The notes: generated by a model not told the origin, from the letters alone. Numbered from the stretch's first letter, positions 39,768 through 52,794 are shown. The stretch: 64,000 nt of DNA from Octopus sinensis (GCF_006345805.1 NC_043010.1:11470001-11534000), one strand, 5' to 3'. Made by a program: numbers and translations.

Positions 39768-39921
39768 CTGGAATTTCTTCATAGAGTCCATTTTCCCCTT
39801 TAATCCAACCATGTCGATTGTTTTTATAGGAAGTTTCTAATCCACTATTTTGGTCGAGTGTCATAAATGTACCTTCTTCCACTCCACCTTTCCCCGATGT
39901 AAGGTTGCAGGCCTCATACAA
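39768..39921 (-). other. Putative protocadherin cytoplasmic-tail exon (51 codons + 1 nt) of a neighbouring gene; acceptor is non-canonical, possibly a pseudo-exon
   Basis: Stop-free frame LYEACNLTSGKGGVEEGTFMTLDQNSGLETSYKNNRHGWIKGENGLYEEIP ends at a strong donor CCAG|GTAAGA and follows a pyrimidine tract catcttctgtttttcg|. It resembles, from memory, the GHGW..G..GHYEELPG tail motif of octopus protocadherins (not verified). Confidence 0.65.
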
Positions 39922-40132
39922 CGAAAAACAGAAGATGCTATTTTATTTCAGTCGATTTGAAAATTATATGTTAAATAGGTAGTTGGGGTGGGGGAAGAAA
40001 TTACTTGAAGAGAAATTCAAGGAAATTTATTGTAAAAATGAATTTCTTCTCAAAAAATATATATCATTAAACATACTATACACCAATAATCATATTTAAA
40101 CAGTTTTTAATATTATTACTATTTATAAAGGT

Positions 40133-40530
40133 AGTGAGCTGGCAGAATCGTTAGCACACCGGACAAATTGCTTAACAGCATTTCATCCATCTTTATGTCC
40201 TGGATTCAAATCCGCCAATCATGAATTCGCCTTTCATCCTTTTGGGGTCAAGAAAATAAGTACCAGTTAAGCATTGGGGTTGGTGTAATTGACTAATCCC
40301 CTCACCCAAAATTGCTGGCCTTGTGCCAAACTTTGAAACAAATATTATCACTATTTATAAGGTAGCAAACTGGCAGAATTGGTACAACACTAGACAAAAG
40401 GCTTAGCGACATTTCTTCCTTCTGAGTTCAAATCCTGCCAGGATTGAATCCTTTTGGATTTGATAAAATAAGCACCAGTAGAGCACTGGGGTTGATATAA
40501 TTGACTTAACCCCCCTGTGAAATTGCTGGT
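40133..40530 (+). mobile_element. Two adjacent diverged family-B variant SINEs
   Basis: Two successive heads (gagctggcagaatcg..., aaactggcagaatt...), each followed by the family core. Confidence 0.7.
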
Positions 40531-40719
40531 CCATATTCAACTGGGTCAGTTAGAATTCATTAATCTGAGGCAGATTTTCTATGTCCAGATGCCTTTCCTG
40601 TTACCAACTTTCATTTGTTTCTAAATAAGATATTTCCTTATAACCAGACATATTTTTATGGAAGATAGGAAGCAATGGACACTGTTTTCATAGTGTAACA
40701 TGGGTCGCTTTGCTTTCCT

Positions 40720-41189
40720 AGAGGCCTTCTGATGAATTCCCACTTATTAGAAAGCAATACATGACACACGTTACTTGATGAAAACAGTGAATTTGGGGGT
40801 AAGAATCTGATGCTTTGGGGATACATAAAAAAGAATGGTTCAAGAAAGTTGGTTAAAATTGACAGTAACTTGAGTAGTGCCGAGTACATCCAGTTGCTAA
40901 AAGACAATTTGATACCAGATTGGATGAAGGTGAGAATTTTAAACATGACGGACCACCATGCCACAGATCATGAACAACACAACAGAGTCTGGCTGGTGAA
41001 GGTGTTGCTGTATTGAAAGATTGCCCATCTCAGAGCCCTGACTTAAATATTGCTAACCAACCACATGGTTCGGGTTCAGTCCCACTGCGTGGCATCTTGG
41101 GCATGTGTCTTCTGCTATACCTCAGGCCGACCAAAACCTTGTGAGTGGATTTGGTAGACGGAAACTGAAAGAAGCCTGTCGTATATATG

Positions 41190-41221
<32 letters not shown>

Positions 41222-41297
41222 ATATATATATATCCGTCCAACCCGTGCTAGCACGGAAAACGGACGTTAAACGATGATGATGATGATGATGATGATG

Positions 41298-41337
<40 letters not shown>

Positions 41338-42049
41338 GTGTATATGTTTGTGTGTCTGTGTTTGTCCCCCTAGCATTGTTTGACAACCGATGCTGGTGTG
41401 TTTACGTCCCTGTCACTGAGCGGTTCGGCAAAAGACACAGATAGAATAAGTACTAGGCTTACAAAGAATATGTCCCGGGGTCGATGTGCTCGACTAAAGG
41501 CGGTGCTCCAGCATGGCTGCAGTCAAATGACTGAAACAAGTAAAAGAGTAAAAGATAATTATAGACAAGAATTCTTTAGAAGAATCCATGCAATCGTGAA
41601 GAGTGGTGGGAGCTCAGTCACAGAGAATGGCATCTCGTACCTGTGAAGATGGTGAAGGATTTGTATGCATCTGCTCCCAGATGACTTGAAGCAATTATTA
41701 AAGCTAAGGGAAACTATACACAATATCAACAATGTACAGTAACTTCTTGAAATGAACATTATGTAATAAATTTTTGTTATAGGCTTTTTTTCTGTTTTAA
41801 AATACATTTTGATTGGTTTATGTGAAGTGGCCGAAAACCTTTGCACAGCCATTTTTGGTGGTTGTCTCACATCTTCCCCCTCTCATTCAGGACCCCTATT
41901 ACAAAATATAATTATTAGGTGTGGAAATGACTGCAACAGGGCCAATGTTTCATCTGTAAAAAAAAACGCAATGTGAAACATCCACTTATAAGTTGGTTAA
42001 TTAGTAGAATTTACAATAGTTTAAAGTGGCCAAAGACTTTTGCATGGAA

Positions 42050-42052
<3 letters not shown>
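40720..42052 (+). mobile_element. Decayed Tc1/mariner transposon: 3' half of the transposase plus right terminal repeat, interrupted by a SINE
   Basis: Translated remnants KTV.FGG..LMLWG, KHDGPPCH, PSQSPDLNI, EW..VP, PR*LEAIIKAKGNYTQY, with stops and frameshifts. Ends ...gacttttgcatggaactg|TA at 42052, with an inner repeat at 41825-41850. Confidence 0.9.
41053..41555 (+). mobile_element. SINE family C inserted in the Tc1 remnant, itself carrying a family-I tail insertion
   Basis: Family-C body interrupts the transposase frame just after ...SPDLNI. Confidence 0.9.
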
Positions 42053-42097
<45 letters not shown>

Positions 42098-42868
42098 TAT
42101 ATATATAATATATATATATTATATATATATATATATGTATGTATATATATATATATTTATATGTATATGCATATATGTACATATGTGTGTGTGTATATAT
42201 ATGTATATATATATATAAACATATATGCATGTATATATTTATGCACTTATATATATATATTCATACAAACTAGCTTCCCCATGATCCCCAGCTAATAGTT
42301 ATTGCTCTGAAGGCACTGGTCAACCTCTGGCTAAAGTAGAAGATACATGTCTAAGATATTATGCAATGGAATCAACCCCGAAGCACATGACTACATGGTT
42401 GTAAAGTTAACTTGTGAACCACACACAACTCTGCCTACTCTGTTATTATTCTTGTTAGAATCCATCTTCCATGTAGCTATTATACAACATTTATCAGAAG
42501 ATGTTTTTCTTTACTACATTTAACAATACCCCAAAGCAGAACCAGTTTCCAGCATCAGTTTTATGTCAGTCATTGATTTAAGAAAGAGATAGCATTAATA
42601 ATTTATGACACATAGTCCAAGTCCTGTCAAGGTTATCTTAATTCTATAACATTTAAGGTTTTGAACAGTAAATACTGCTGGGATTTATCTGCTGTGATAT
42701 CCACTCAAATTCAGGAAGATTAACACCGAAAACACCTCCTTGCTAGAAGTCGGAAGAAGACAGCTAGCATCTACAATTTTGATATAAATGTTTGGTGTGT
42801 GTGTGTTTGGTATATATATAATATATATATATATATATTATATATATATATATCTATATATATATATA

Positions 42869-42940
<72 letters not shown>

Positions 42941-42958
42941 AGATATATGTGTGTGTGT

Positions 42959-43272
42959 GGAGGTGCAATGGCCCAGTGGTTAGGGCAGCGGACTCGCAGT
43001 TGTAGGATCGCGGTTTCGATTCCCAGACCGGGCATTGTGAATGTTTATTGAGCGAAAACACCTAAAAGCTCCACGTTGCTCCGGCAGGGGGTGGTGGTGG
43101 CGATCCCTGCTGTACTCTTCCGCCACAACTTTCTCTCATTCTTTCTTCTGTTGGCCTGCTCGCTTACCCAGTGGGGTGGCATCATTTGAAGGCTAAAAAC
43201 AATGCGAAGCGCATTGTGACCAGCGATGTGTAGCAACATCTGATAACCTGGTCGGTCACGGTGATCACGGTG

Positions 43273-43274
<2 letters not shown>
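42959..43274 (+). mobile_element. SINE family D
   Basis: Full length, within dinucleotide repeats. Confidence 0.9.
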
Positions 43275-43304
<30 letters not shown>

Positions 43305-44150
43305 GTGTGTGTGTATGTGTGTGTGTGTGGTGCAACGAGCATTGAGTAATATATACACCTCATTGTGCACATACATAGGCTTATACACTGGTAAAAGTAT
43401 TAACTTTAATTATCATCTGTAACTGGAGATATATTATATATAGTTTCCTACATGATTTAATATGCTATTTGTTATAAGAGCACCCAATTGTAAAAATCTT
43501 TCTCCAATAATTTGCATACACCCACTATACATATATATATATATATATATATGAATAGCAATAGCGAAACCGGTCGATATATTAAAAATTATATTAAAAC
43601 TATGTAAGTGTGCATATTTTCCATTTTAATTTCTTATATATATATATGTGTGTGTGTGTGTCTGTGTTTGTGAGTGTGTGTATACATACACATACAGCAC
43701 ATAGTAACTTTTGAAGCAGTATCACTGTATCAAGCTAATTACAAATTAAATATCAGGTTGTGTATCATTTAACTGTAAGAGCCAAAGAGGGAAGAAATTC
43801 GAAAAAAAATAAAATCAGACTTTACAGCTAAAATATGATGTTTGCTTGAAGTCTTTATATCTTTAACTTCCATTGAAGGGGGAAATGGGCTCAAGCAAGT
43901 GTAGGTATTCTTAGAACCTTTTTTAATGAAGGGGAATGCTCAGTAGGAAGGGTGAACGATAATGCAGATTTATATAAAAGGTCATCGACTAAAAAAAAAT
44001 TTTATATTTTTGTTTTTTTGAGAACTGTATTGCTGTTAGGTAAACGTACAACTAATAAATAATGGGTGATATAATTTTTGAGATTCGTGGCTTCTTGGAT
44101 GAAAACTATAGCAAGACAGCTATGTGGGTAACTGTACCATGACTATTCTC

Positions 44151-44584
44151 GGATCTTTTCGGTTTGAATGGCAGTTTTTAAAAATAATTTCCATGTAACT
44201 AAAAAATTTTAAACTTCGTATACTGGTAGAATGTGTTTATAAAACATCTTTTTCTCTTGGCTTTATTGAGAAAATTCTATAGTTTGTAAGATATTTGTTG
44301 TTTTTTTTTCTTCAATTTCTGCAATTTCAAACAATCAGTGATGTCTATTGGATTAAAAAACATTCTGTGCCGTATGAATATGTCCCTCATCTAAGAAACA
44401 GAATGGGTTTATTTACATTTGTGAAGAATAAAAGATACCCTTCTCCCCACCTCTAACCCTAACCCTAACTAACCCTAATCCTAAAACAGATTGAAATGCA
44501 ATAGATCGATACTAGGGTCATAATTATGGGTGACAATTTCATATGACACTGCTAGAAAAACTGCTGTTCAAACCGAAAAGATCC
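44151..44584 (+). mobile_element. MITE family G (GGATC-terminal ~29-bp TIRs, 8-bp TSD, internal CCCTAA repeats)
   Basis: ggatcttttcggtttgaatggcagttttt ... aaaaactgctgttcaaaccgaaaagatcc; TSD ctattctc on both sides. Confidence 0.9.
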
Positions 44585-45217
44585 CTATTCTCTTTGGAAA
44601 ATCTCTTTACATTCCTCCCACAACCAAATGCCATTAGTCTTTAAACTCCATAAACTTACAAGTGTTTTACCATACAGCTGTGCTACAGCTAAATGTGTAA
44701 AGCGACTGTAATTCATGAGACTAGACACCCACCATTGCACCTGCCTCCAATATCATGACCAACAGCATTAAGTGAGAAGTTTTTACCTACTAATCTAATA
44801 ATACCTGTAAGATAGTTACCAGAAAATCAGAAAATCAAACAGAGTCCTTGTGCATCAACACAGTATACAAGTTCTTTTATATCACAAATAGCAGCAGAGC
44901 CTTCAGGTCCTTTACCGATGGAAATTTATGGAATTTTTCTGCCCTCAACCCCTTAGCCAAGATGACTCTGTCAACATATAACCGATACTTGCCGTAGCTG
45001 TATATTTTCTGCTTACCTAAGACATACGGAACAAAATCCTCCTGTGCTCTCCTTTACAAAGCTCAATCTTCCCCACACAAACACACAACTGACAGATACG
45101 AAAAGCTTTCAATCACCCCAGTTTAACAAGATGACCGATATTGATGGAATCTCTTTTATCACCTTATGATTCACTTCAAGGTTAACTTTTATTCATACTA
45201 AACTCTTCAATCACTCA

Positions 45218-45264
<47 letters not shown>

Positions 45265-45637
45265 GGCTCTTTATCTCTCTCTCTTTCTCTCTCCCTCTCC
45301 TCATTCTTACTCTCTCATTCTATCTCTCTCATTCTATTTCTCTGGGGTTTTCACGATATTTAGAAACAGTCTACAATGTGTTTTATCTCCTAACCTATCT
45401 CTGACCCTGCAAAATGCTGATCTACTGCTTTCACATCCATCATTTCAAGATAATGGAAATTAGTGTCGACAACTATGCTCCTTCATCTTTCTATTAATCC
45501 CTCATCAGCGACCAGAATTATGAATTCCACAGAGCTAGACCTAGCAGAGAATTACCTTTCTATATCACATATCCTTAACCATGAAAATTTCCATTGTGTC
45601 TGCATGAGAAATTCCTGGCTAAATTGCCTACCTAGAG

Positions 45638-45971
45638 CGGTGGTCCTCAATTTTTTGGGCTATGTTACACACTTGAGATAAAAAAAAAAAAAATTGATGA
45701 TATTTTCAAGTGAAAAGTTAAAAATTGTTGGTACCTTTTGCATGAAAATTTTTTTAAAAAATTAACTGTTTTAAATTAGAAAAAAAAATATATAAAAACT
45801 ATTGTTTTTTTTTTCAGTCATGCATGTGCTTTATAAAATTATGTAAAACATGCTTTTCAAGACACTGAAGTATTTATAAGCATTTGCTTAATGCTTTAAC
45901 AATATTTAAAAAAAAATCTATGGCACATCTTATTAACCACTGCACCTCAGTACATTATAAGAGAACCACTG
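45638..45971. mobile_element. Possible degraded hAT-like MITE
   Basis: Ends cggtggtcctcaa / gagaaccactg resemble the same TIR class; no TSD recovered. Confidence 0.45.
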
Positions 45972-48217
45972 AGTTATGATCTACATCTGTTTTTCGTTTC
46001 TTGGATTTTATAACCAAGCATTCTGTCAAATTATAGAATTGCAGCATGTGTAAATCAGGATTAATAGAATGTGGTAAGAAAGGGTAAACCAAATACTTAG
46101 TTCAGTAATGCCTTATTCAATATTCTTTCTGTATATCAATAACCTTATGCTCTGTTACATATAACAACAGATACAGCTGTGCTAATGGTACTCTGATTCA
46201 CTCCTCTTTAATCTTCTATGTGGAGGCATCACCCACATACAAGCTAAACATATCATACCAAATATATATCCATCCACCTCCTGAACAGAAAAATTTAGTC
46301 TGAATCTCTCTCGACATATACCAAAGAAAATCTTCAAAATTAATGATATCAGGAGTGACTTCGCTGCTCTTCACAATAATTTTGTAGCTGTTGGTGTTTG
46401 CACTATCACCCATCCTTAAAATGAAAATAGCTCAAGGAAGATTCATTTAGAATTCTGAACCATAATCTCTAGTGTGTAGAAGCTGGGGAGAGACAGCTAG
46501 TATCAATTAAATTACTTCATTACTGGAAGGATGTAAGGTAAAGTTGACCCCAGTGAAATTTGAACTCAACTCATGAAGGTTATTGACTAAATGCTGCAGG
46601 AAATATATGTTGGCCAATGCTCTACTGATTCTACCAATCTTCCATATTAATTCCAGCATCAAAGAAATTTCAGAACTTCATTTCTTCCAGCACTGTATAA
46701 TAGGCAAATGTCTATGGTAGAGTTTATTTTAAGTATTACCGTTAATGTTCTCCTTAAATGCTAGGTCTAGTTATCTCTTTCAGTATCAGTTTTAATGTTT
46801 CTTTTGAAGAGTACTTTAAATGATTCCTTAATGTGAATCTACGGTGTATCCCAACAAAAGATGTATTCAGACAGAAAAGGGTTATCAATTCTTACAAGGC
46901 AGCATTTATATTTGACGGAATGTCAATTGCAACAATGAACATCAATGAAACACAACATAACATTGGATAAGTTGGACAGGACATTATTTAGACTGGGCAA
47001 GAATTTAGTTAGACCGGACTGGACCAGACATAACAGAACAATAACATGAGTGGACAGGATATCAATAAGACTCATTGGTACATGAATTAGAATAGTTAAT
47101 TGATTGATTAAACTGGAAAAAGACTCAAATTAGTATGGTTAACATAACGAATAGATTTGGTTATGCATTAATCACATGCATCACCAATAGGACTGAACAG
47201 GAAATCAATTAAGTTGATCCTTAATTTAATTTTGTTAATCAACTTGTTAATCTAAGTTGTCAATACATCAATATAAAAAGATAATTTATCAATTCAACTA
47301 GAAAGCAAGTAATTATGTGGGTCGTTATGTCAATTAGACTGGTTTGCACATTAATAAAAGTGGTCACTACAGTAATTAGACTGGTCAATGTTAACAACAA
47401 AATGTTATTAAATATTCACATAATACATGAAATAAAGCAGCTGTGCATAAAAGGTTTAAGGCATGGTGTTGATAATAGTAAAAGAATTCCTCGGAAATTT
47501 GAAAGTGAAGAACAAAGATCCACCGAGTATTTCTGCAAATGAAAATCTCTAAAGGAGTACAAAGAGATGTCAGTTATTGTTGTCTGTCAGTGAAGTTCCT
47601 TTATCTTTAATTGTACTTTTTGTATAAATTCAAATTATTGGTTCTTAGAAGATGCTGAAAAACAAAACGTACAATCAAAGAAATATATAAATTTATAGGT
47701 GTAAAACGTTATGGTACTTCTAAACAAATAATAAAAAAGACCAATGACCGATCCTCTATGCAGATGTTCAACCTGTAAGAAATAACAGCAGTGAGAGTTG
47801 AGAGATGAGATTCCCCTCAAATCTCATCCTACCATCTCAAAAAAAAAAAAAGAAGAAAAGAAAGAAACAAGATGAAGAAAAATAGACATATTGGACAACA
47901 TAGTTTTTTATATACAAAATGACAAGATGGTCTGGTCATAAGTGGAATGTCTTTCAATACAATGTGCTCAATCAAGGCAGAACTTGGAACTGAACAACAG
48001 CATAGTAAATAAAATAAGTGAATATTGTTGAAACTCTTTGGACGGGATGATAATGAGGTTAATTGATATATCAATTAGAATATCATAGTTATTGATTAAA
48101 TTATTCTAGAATAGTCTTAGAAATGATGGCTAAAGCAGGCTAAAGAACGCTTTGAATTGTTTGATATGGTTCATATGATGGTGAATAAACAGATGTTTGG
48201 ATTTTGTAAGTCTTTAA

Positions 48218-48742
48218 CCCTTTCGTTACTGTATTTCTTTTGAGATGCTCTGTGTTTCATTCAATTAATTTTAAATATAACGAAGAATTTAGTGAAATAG
48301 CTTAGTTATCATTCAGCTCATGTTAAGAACATAAACTGTGACTAAGGTTTGGTGGAAGATTTTAATTCCAAACTTATGAAAACAAGACATTTGTATTTAG
48401 AGCCAGAGGCGGTTTCAGTATTTTAGATATAACGAAGAATTTAGTGAAATAGCTTAGTTATCATTCAGCTCATGTTAAGAACATAAACTGTGACTAAGGT
48501 TTGGGGGAAGATTTTAATTCAAAACTTATGAAAACAAGACATTTGTATTTAGAGCCAGAGGCGGTTTCAGTATTTTAGATATAACGAAGAATTTAGTGAA
48601 ATAGCTTAGTTATCATTCAGCTCATGTTAAGAACATAAACTGTGACTAAGGTTTGGGGGAAGATTTTAATTCAAAACTTATGAAAACAAGACATTTGTAC
48701 TCAGTGCCAGAGACGGTTTCGGCCGGGCTGGTAACAAAAGGG
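48218..48742. mobile_element. piggyBac-like MITE containing three tandem 152-bp units
   Basis: TTAA|ccctttcgttac ... gtaacaaaaggg|TTAA. Unit markers at 48281, 48433 and 48585. Confidence 0.9.
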
Positions 48743-48847
48743 TTAATCTGTCATCAGATTGAATGAGGAAGACATTCAAAAGCTATGGGTTTGTGCTCTT
48801 CACATCAGAATGGTACTGATGTTTGAGTGGGATAAGTTGATGTAAAT

Positions 48848-49138
48848 CAGTGGGTCTCAACTATTTTTTTTTACCTATGGACCCCCATAGCCATTTGATG
48901 TTTAAAAACTAGTGTTATAGACATTTCTTTCCAAATTCCTATTTTGTTAGTCATACATTAACTTACGTAGATTAAAACAATGTAAAATGTTAAAGAAAGA
49001 AACCTGTTTCTCACTGTAGACACATTTAAATCAATACTTTACGTTGCTACTTAAAACACTACTGTGGGACTCCGATTTACTATTTTGCTAGTGTAAACCC
49101 CCGAACAATGTTATATGGGCCCCAGCTGAGAACCACTG
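48848..49138. mobile_element. hAT-like MITE
   Basis: TIRs cagtgggtctcaac / gctgagaaccactg, with a perfect 8-bp TSD atgtaaat. Confidence 0.88.
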
Positions 49139-49290
49139 ATGTAAATGGTCAGTTATAATGAAGAGAAGATGATCAAATGAATAAGTGCCATCCCAAATAC
49201 CTCAGAGCAATAATCTAATATTAATCATACGTCAGCTTTGAATATGATCAATAAATGATCTCAGTGATATATATATATATATATATATAT

Positions 49291-49697
49291 ACTCTTTTAC
49301 TCTTTTACTTGTTTCAGTCATTTGACTGCGGCCATGCTGGAGCACCGCCTTTTAGTCGAGCAAATCGACCCCGGGACTTATTCTTTGTAAGCCTAGTACT
49401 TATTCTATCGGTCTCTTTTGCTGAACCGCTAAGTGAAGGGGACGTAAACACACCAGCATTGGTTGTCAAGCAATGCTAGGGAGACAAACACAGACACACA
49501 AACACACACACATACATATATGTATACATATATACGACAGGCTTCTTTCAGTTTCCATCTACCAAATCCACTCACAAGGCTTTGGTCGGCCCGAGGCTAT
49601 AGTAGAAGACACTTGCCCAAAGTGCCACGCAGTGGGACTGAACCCGGAACCATGTGGTTGGTAAGCAAGCTACTTACCACACAGCCACTCCTGCGCC
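49291..49697 (-). mobile_element. SINE family C, full length
   Basis: Reverse complement of the family consensus seen in this window. Confidence 0.92.
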
Positions 49698-50277
49698 TAT
49701 ATATTTATATTTATATTTTTTCTCTGTTAAGTCACACGTATTTGTCTCTTCTCTGCTGCAAACCTTACTGGTCAAAGAATCTTGTCATCTGTGTTTGCTC
49801 AAAGCAGCGCTTCTATCCATGAGACCTAGCTTCTTTTCTTCCTTCATTTGACAAAATGTGCATGTGCTGTTGTTGTTGTTGTTGTTGTCATCGTCATTGA
49901 TGATGTTGTTGTTACATTTGTTCATGTCATGCAAATGTACATTTTCAGCGATCAAAAAGCGAATGTCCTTGCTTCCAAGTTTTCGTGTTTGTTTCATTGA
50001 GTATTATAATTCTGCTTAGCAAGCATTCCAAAGAAAAATTCATTTGATAATGCTATAAATATGGTCTGGCTTCAGACCAAAATAAACACACGTGTGTACG
50101 TTTTGAGAACTGACAATGCTAACAACAACAGCATTGATGATGATGGTGGTGGTGGTGGTGGTGGTAATAATGATGATGATGATGATGATGATAGAGACCC
50201 TGTGAGACCTTTGACAACACAGGCTGCTGTCTGCTCTTACAGAATTAGCCAGAACAAGGTTGGAGAAGTAAAAATGG

Positions 50278-50324
50278 AAATAATAATAATAATAATAATA
50301 ATAATAATTATAATGATAATAATG

Positions 50325-50357
<33 letters not shown>

Positions 50358-50379
50358 TAATAATATAATGATAATAATG

Positions 50380-50415
<36 letters not shown>

Positions 50416-50452
50416 TAATAATTATAATGATAATAATGATAATAATATAATG

Positions 50453-50505
<53 letters not shown>

Positions 50506-50540
50506 TAATTATAATGATAATAATGATAATAATAATAATG

Positions 50541-50600
<60 letters not shown>
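50278..50600. repeat. Long (AAT)n array
   Basis: Read directly; the array continues at 51150-51260. Confidence 0.95.
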
Positions 50601-50603
<3 letters not shown>

Positions 50604-51149
50604 GCCCTGATGCAGTACCAAGCAGTGGCTCTCATGGCTTCTGATCTTAACTGATTGGAAGTGTTATCATGTACATTGTTTTGTCTTGGTATAAAAGATG
50701 GGCTGCAGCAAATATTCTGCTCAATACTACAGATTTGCTTGTCAGTTGTTTGACTTTAACCAGTTGGGCATGTCCCTTAGTGGCTGACAATCTCTGATCA
50801 TGAACTGAAGTAGTTGGGGAGCATCATAGCCATGTGTTGAGAGGGATTCTTTGGGGTTTGAATAATTCACCTTTGGAAAAATGGGTGTTTCGTTCAATAT
50901 TCTTAAACAACCCTTATTCAGGGACCTTTTGAGTGGGATGGGTTACTCAACCAGAAGAAAATTCTAACTGGGCCCCACCTGCAAGGTCATGTGCTGTTTA
51001 TCTTGATATGAGATCACCATGTCGTGCACATATGGTTGTGATGCATGTGTCTAGTGTATCTTTATCAGACGGGTAGTCATGATGAGTATACTGGGCTTCA
51101 TATATTTTACCCCAGTGTCACTTTGATGGCATGCACTACTCTCTCACTC
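50601..51149. mobile_element. About 550 bp of non-coding insertion inside a (TAA)n array; probable (TAA)n-targeting retroelement
   Basis: A higher-GC block cleanly bounded by long TAA repeats, with no convincing ORF. Confidence 0.55.
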
Positions 51150-51153
51150 AATA

Positions 51154-51564
<411 letters not shown>

Positions 51565-51589
51565 AATAATAATAATAATAATAGTAATG

Positions 51590-51810
51590 GTTTCAAAGTT
51601 TGGCACAAAGCCAGCAATTTCAGGCGGGGGGGGGGGTAAGTTGATTAAATCCACCCCAGTGCACAACTGGTACTTATTTCATGGAGTCCAAAAGGATGAA
51701 AAGCAAAGCCAACCTTGACAGAACTGGAACTCCGAACGTAAAGGCAGACAAACTACCACTAGGTATTTTATTTAGCACAGTAATGATTCAGCCATCTTGC
51801 TGCCTTAATA
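51590..51810 (-). mobile_element. SINE family B variant, diverged
   Basis: Reverse-complement core and head are recognisable. Confidence 0.7.
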
Positions 51811-52534
51811 ATCATAACAACAACAACAACAACAATAATAATAATTTCTTAGAATGCTGAGAAATTAAATAAAATGGTCATTGTATTCTATTGAGTGTAC
51901 ATAGCAAGAGTCTGTGAAGTTATTCCTTAATGAACATACATTGAAATAATTGACATAAATTAGGAAATTTCTACTTTTATAGATGAAAATAGATACGCAC
52001 TGACAGCAATATACATCCCATGTGAAATCACATATCATGCACGTATTTGATTGCAAGAAGTCACCTGAGAGTTCAGGTATTTCTAGAAAACTTTAACCAG
52101 CTACAGATTTCAGTAAATAAGCTACATTCATACCGAGATACCATCTCGAAGTATTTTAGTCAATCATATCATCCTTGCTGCTTATTTAAGTCTGGTATTT
52201 ATTTCATCTTGATATCAATTTATCAAATAGTTTAACTTTTAACTTTGTAGTATAAAGGAATTGAGTTTAACAAACTGTTAGTGTGTACTAGTATATACAA
52301 ACATAGACAGAGTTATGTACACATACACACACACGTGCACACACACTCACACACACAATGTACGTGCCAGCACATACATACATGCATATTATTATTATTA
52401 TATAAATGCACACACCTATACACATACCCATATACACATATATAATTTCCTTTAAACAGGTAATCTGGAATCTGGAACTCAACACATGACCAGAGAATAT
52501 ATATATATATATATATCAACATCATCATCATCGT

Positions 52535-52762
52535 CGTGACCGCCCAGGCTTTCAGATGTTGCTACACATCGCTGGTCACAATGCGCTTCACATTGTTTTA
52601 GCCTTCAAATTATGCCACCCCGCTGGCTAAGCGAGCAGGCCAACAGAAGAAAGAATGAGAGCCTCGTGGAGCTTTGTTTTCGCTCAATAAACACTCAGAA
52701 CGCCCGGTCTGAGAATTGAAACCGCGAGTCTGCTGCCCTAACCACTGGGCAATTGCGCCTCC
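52535..52762 (-). mobile_element. SINE family D with an internal deletion
   Basis: Reverse-complement head and tail; the central part is missing. Confidence 0.85.
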
Positions 52763-52794
52763 ACACACACACACACACATATATATATGATCTT

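Noticed and set aside
44451-44485. Telomere or chromosome-fusion remnant
   Set aside because: Only a few imperfect CCCTAA units, located inside a TIR/TSD-bounded MITE.
47635-47820. Minus-strand acceptor-like ttatttcttacag| with a following ORF
   Set aside because: The peptide is low-complexity and F/Y-rich, with no matching donor or recognisable domain.
48270-48720. CRISPR-like or other spacer-containing array
   Set aside because: Units are contiguous and nearly identical with no unique spacers; this is eukaryotic DNA with no cas genes.
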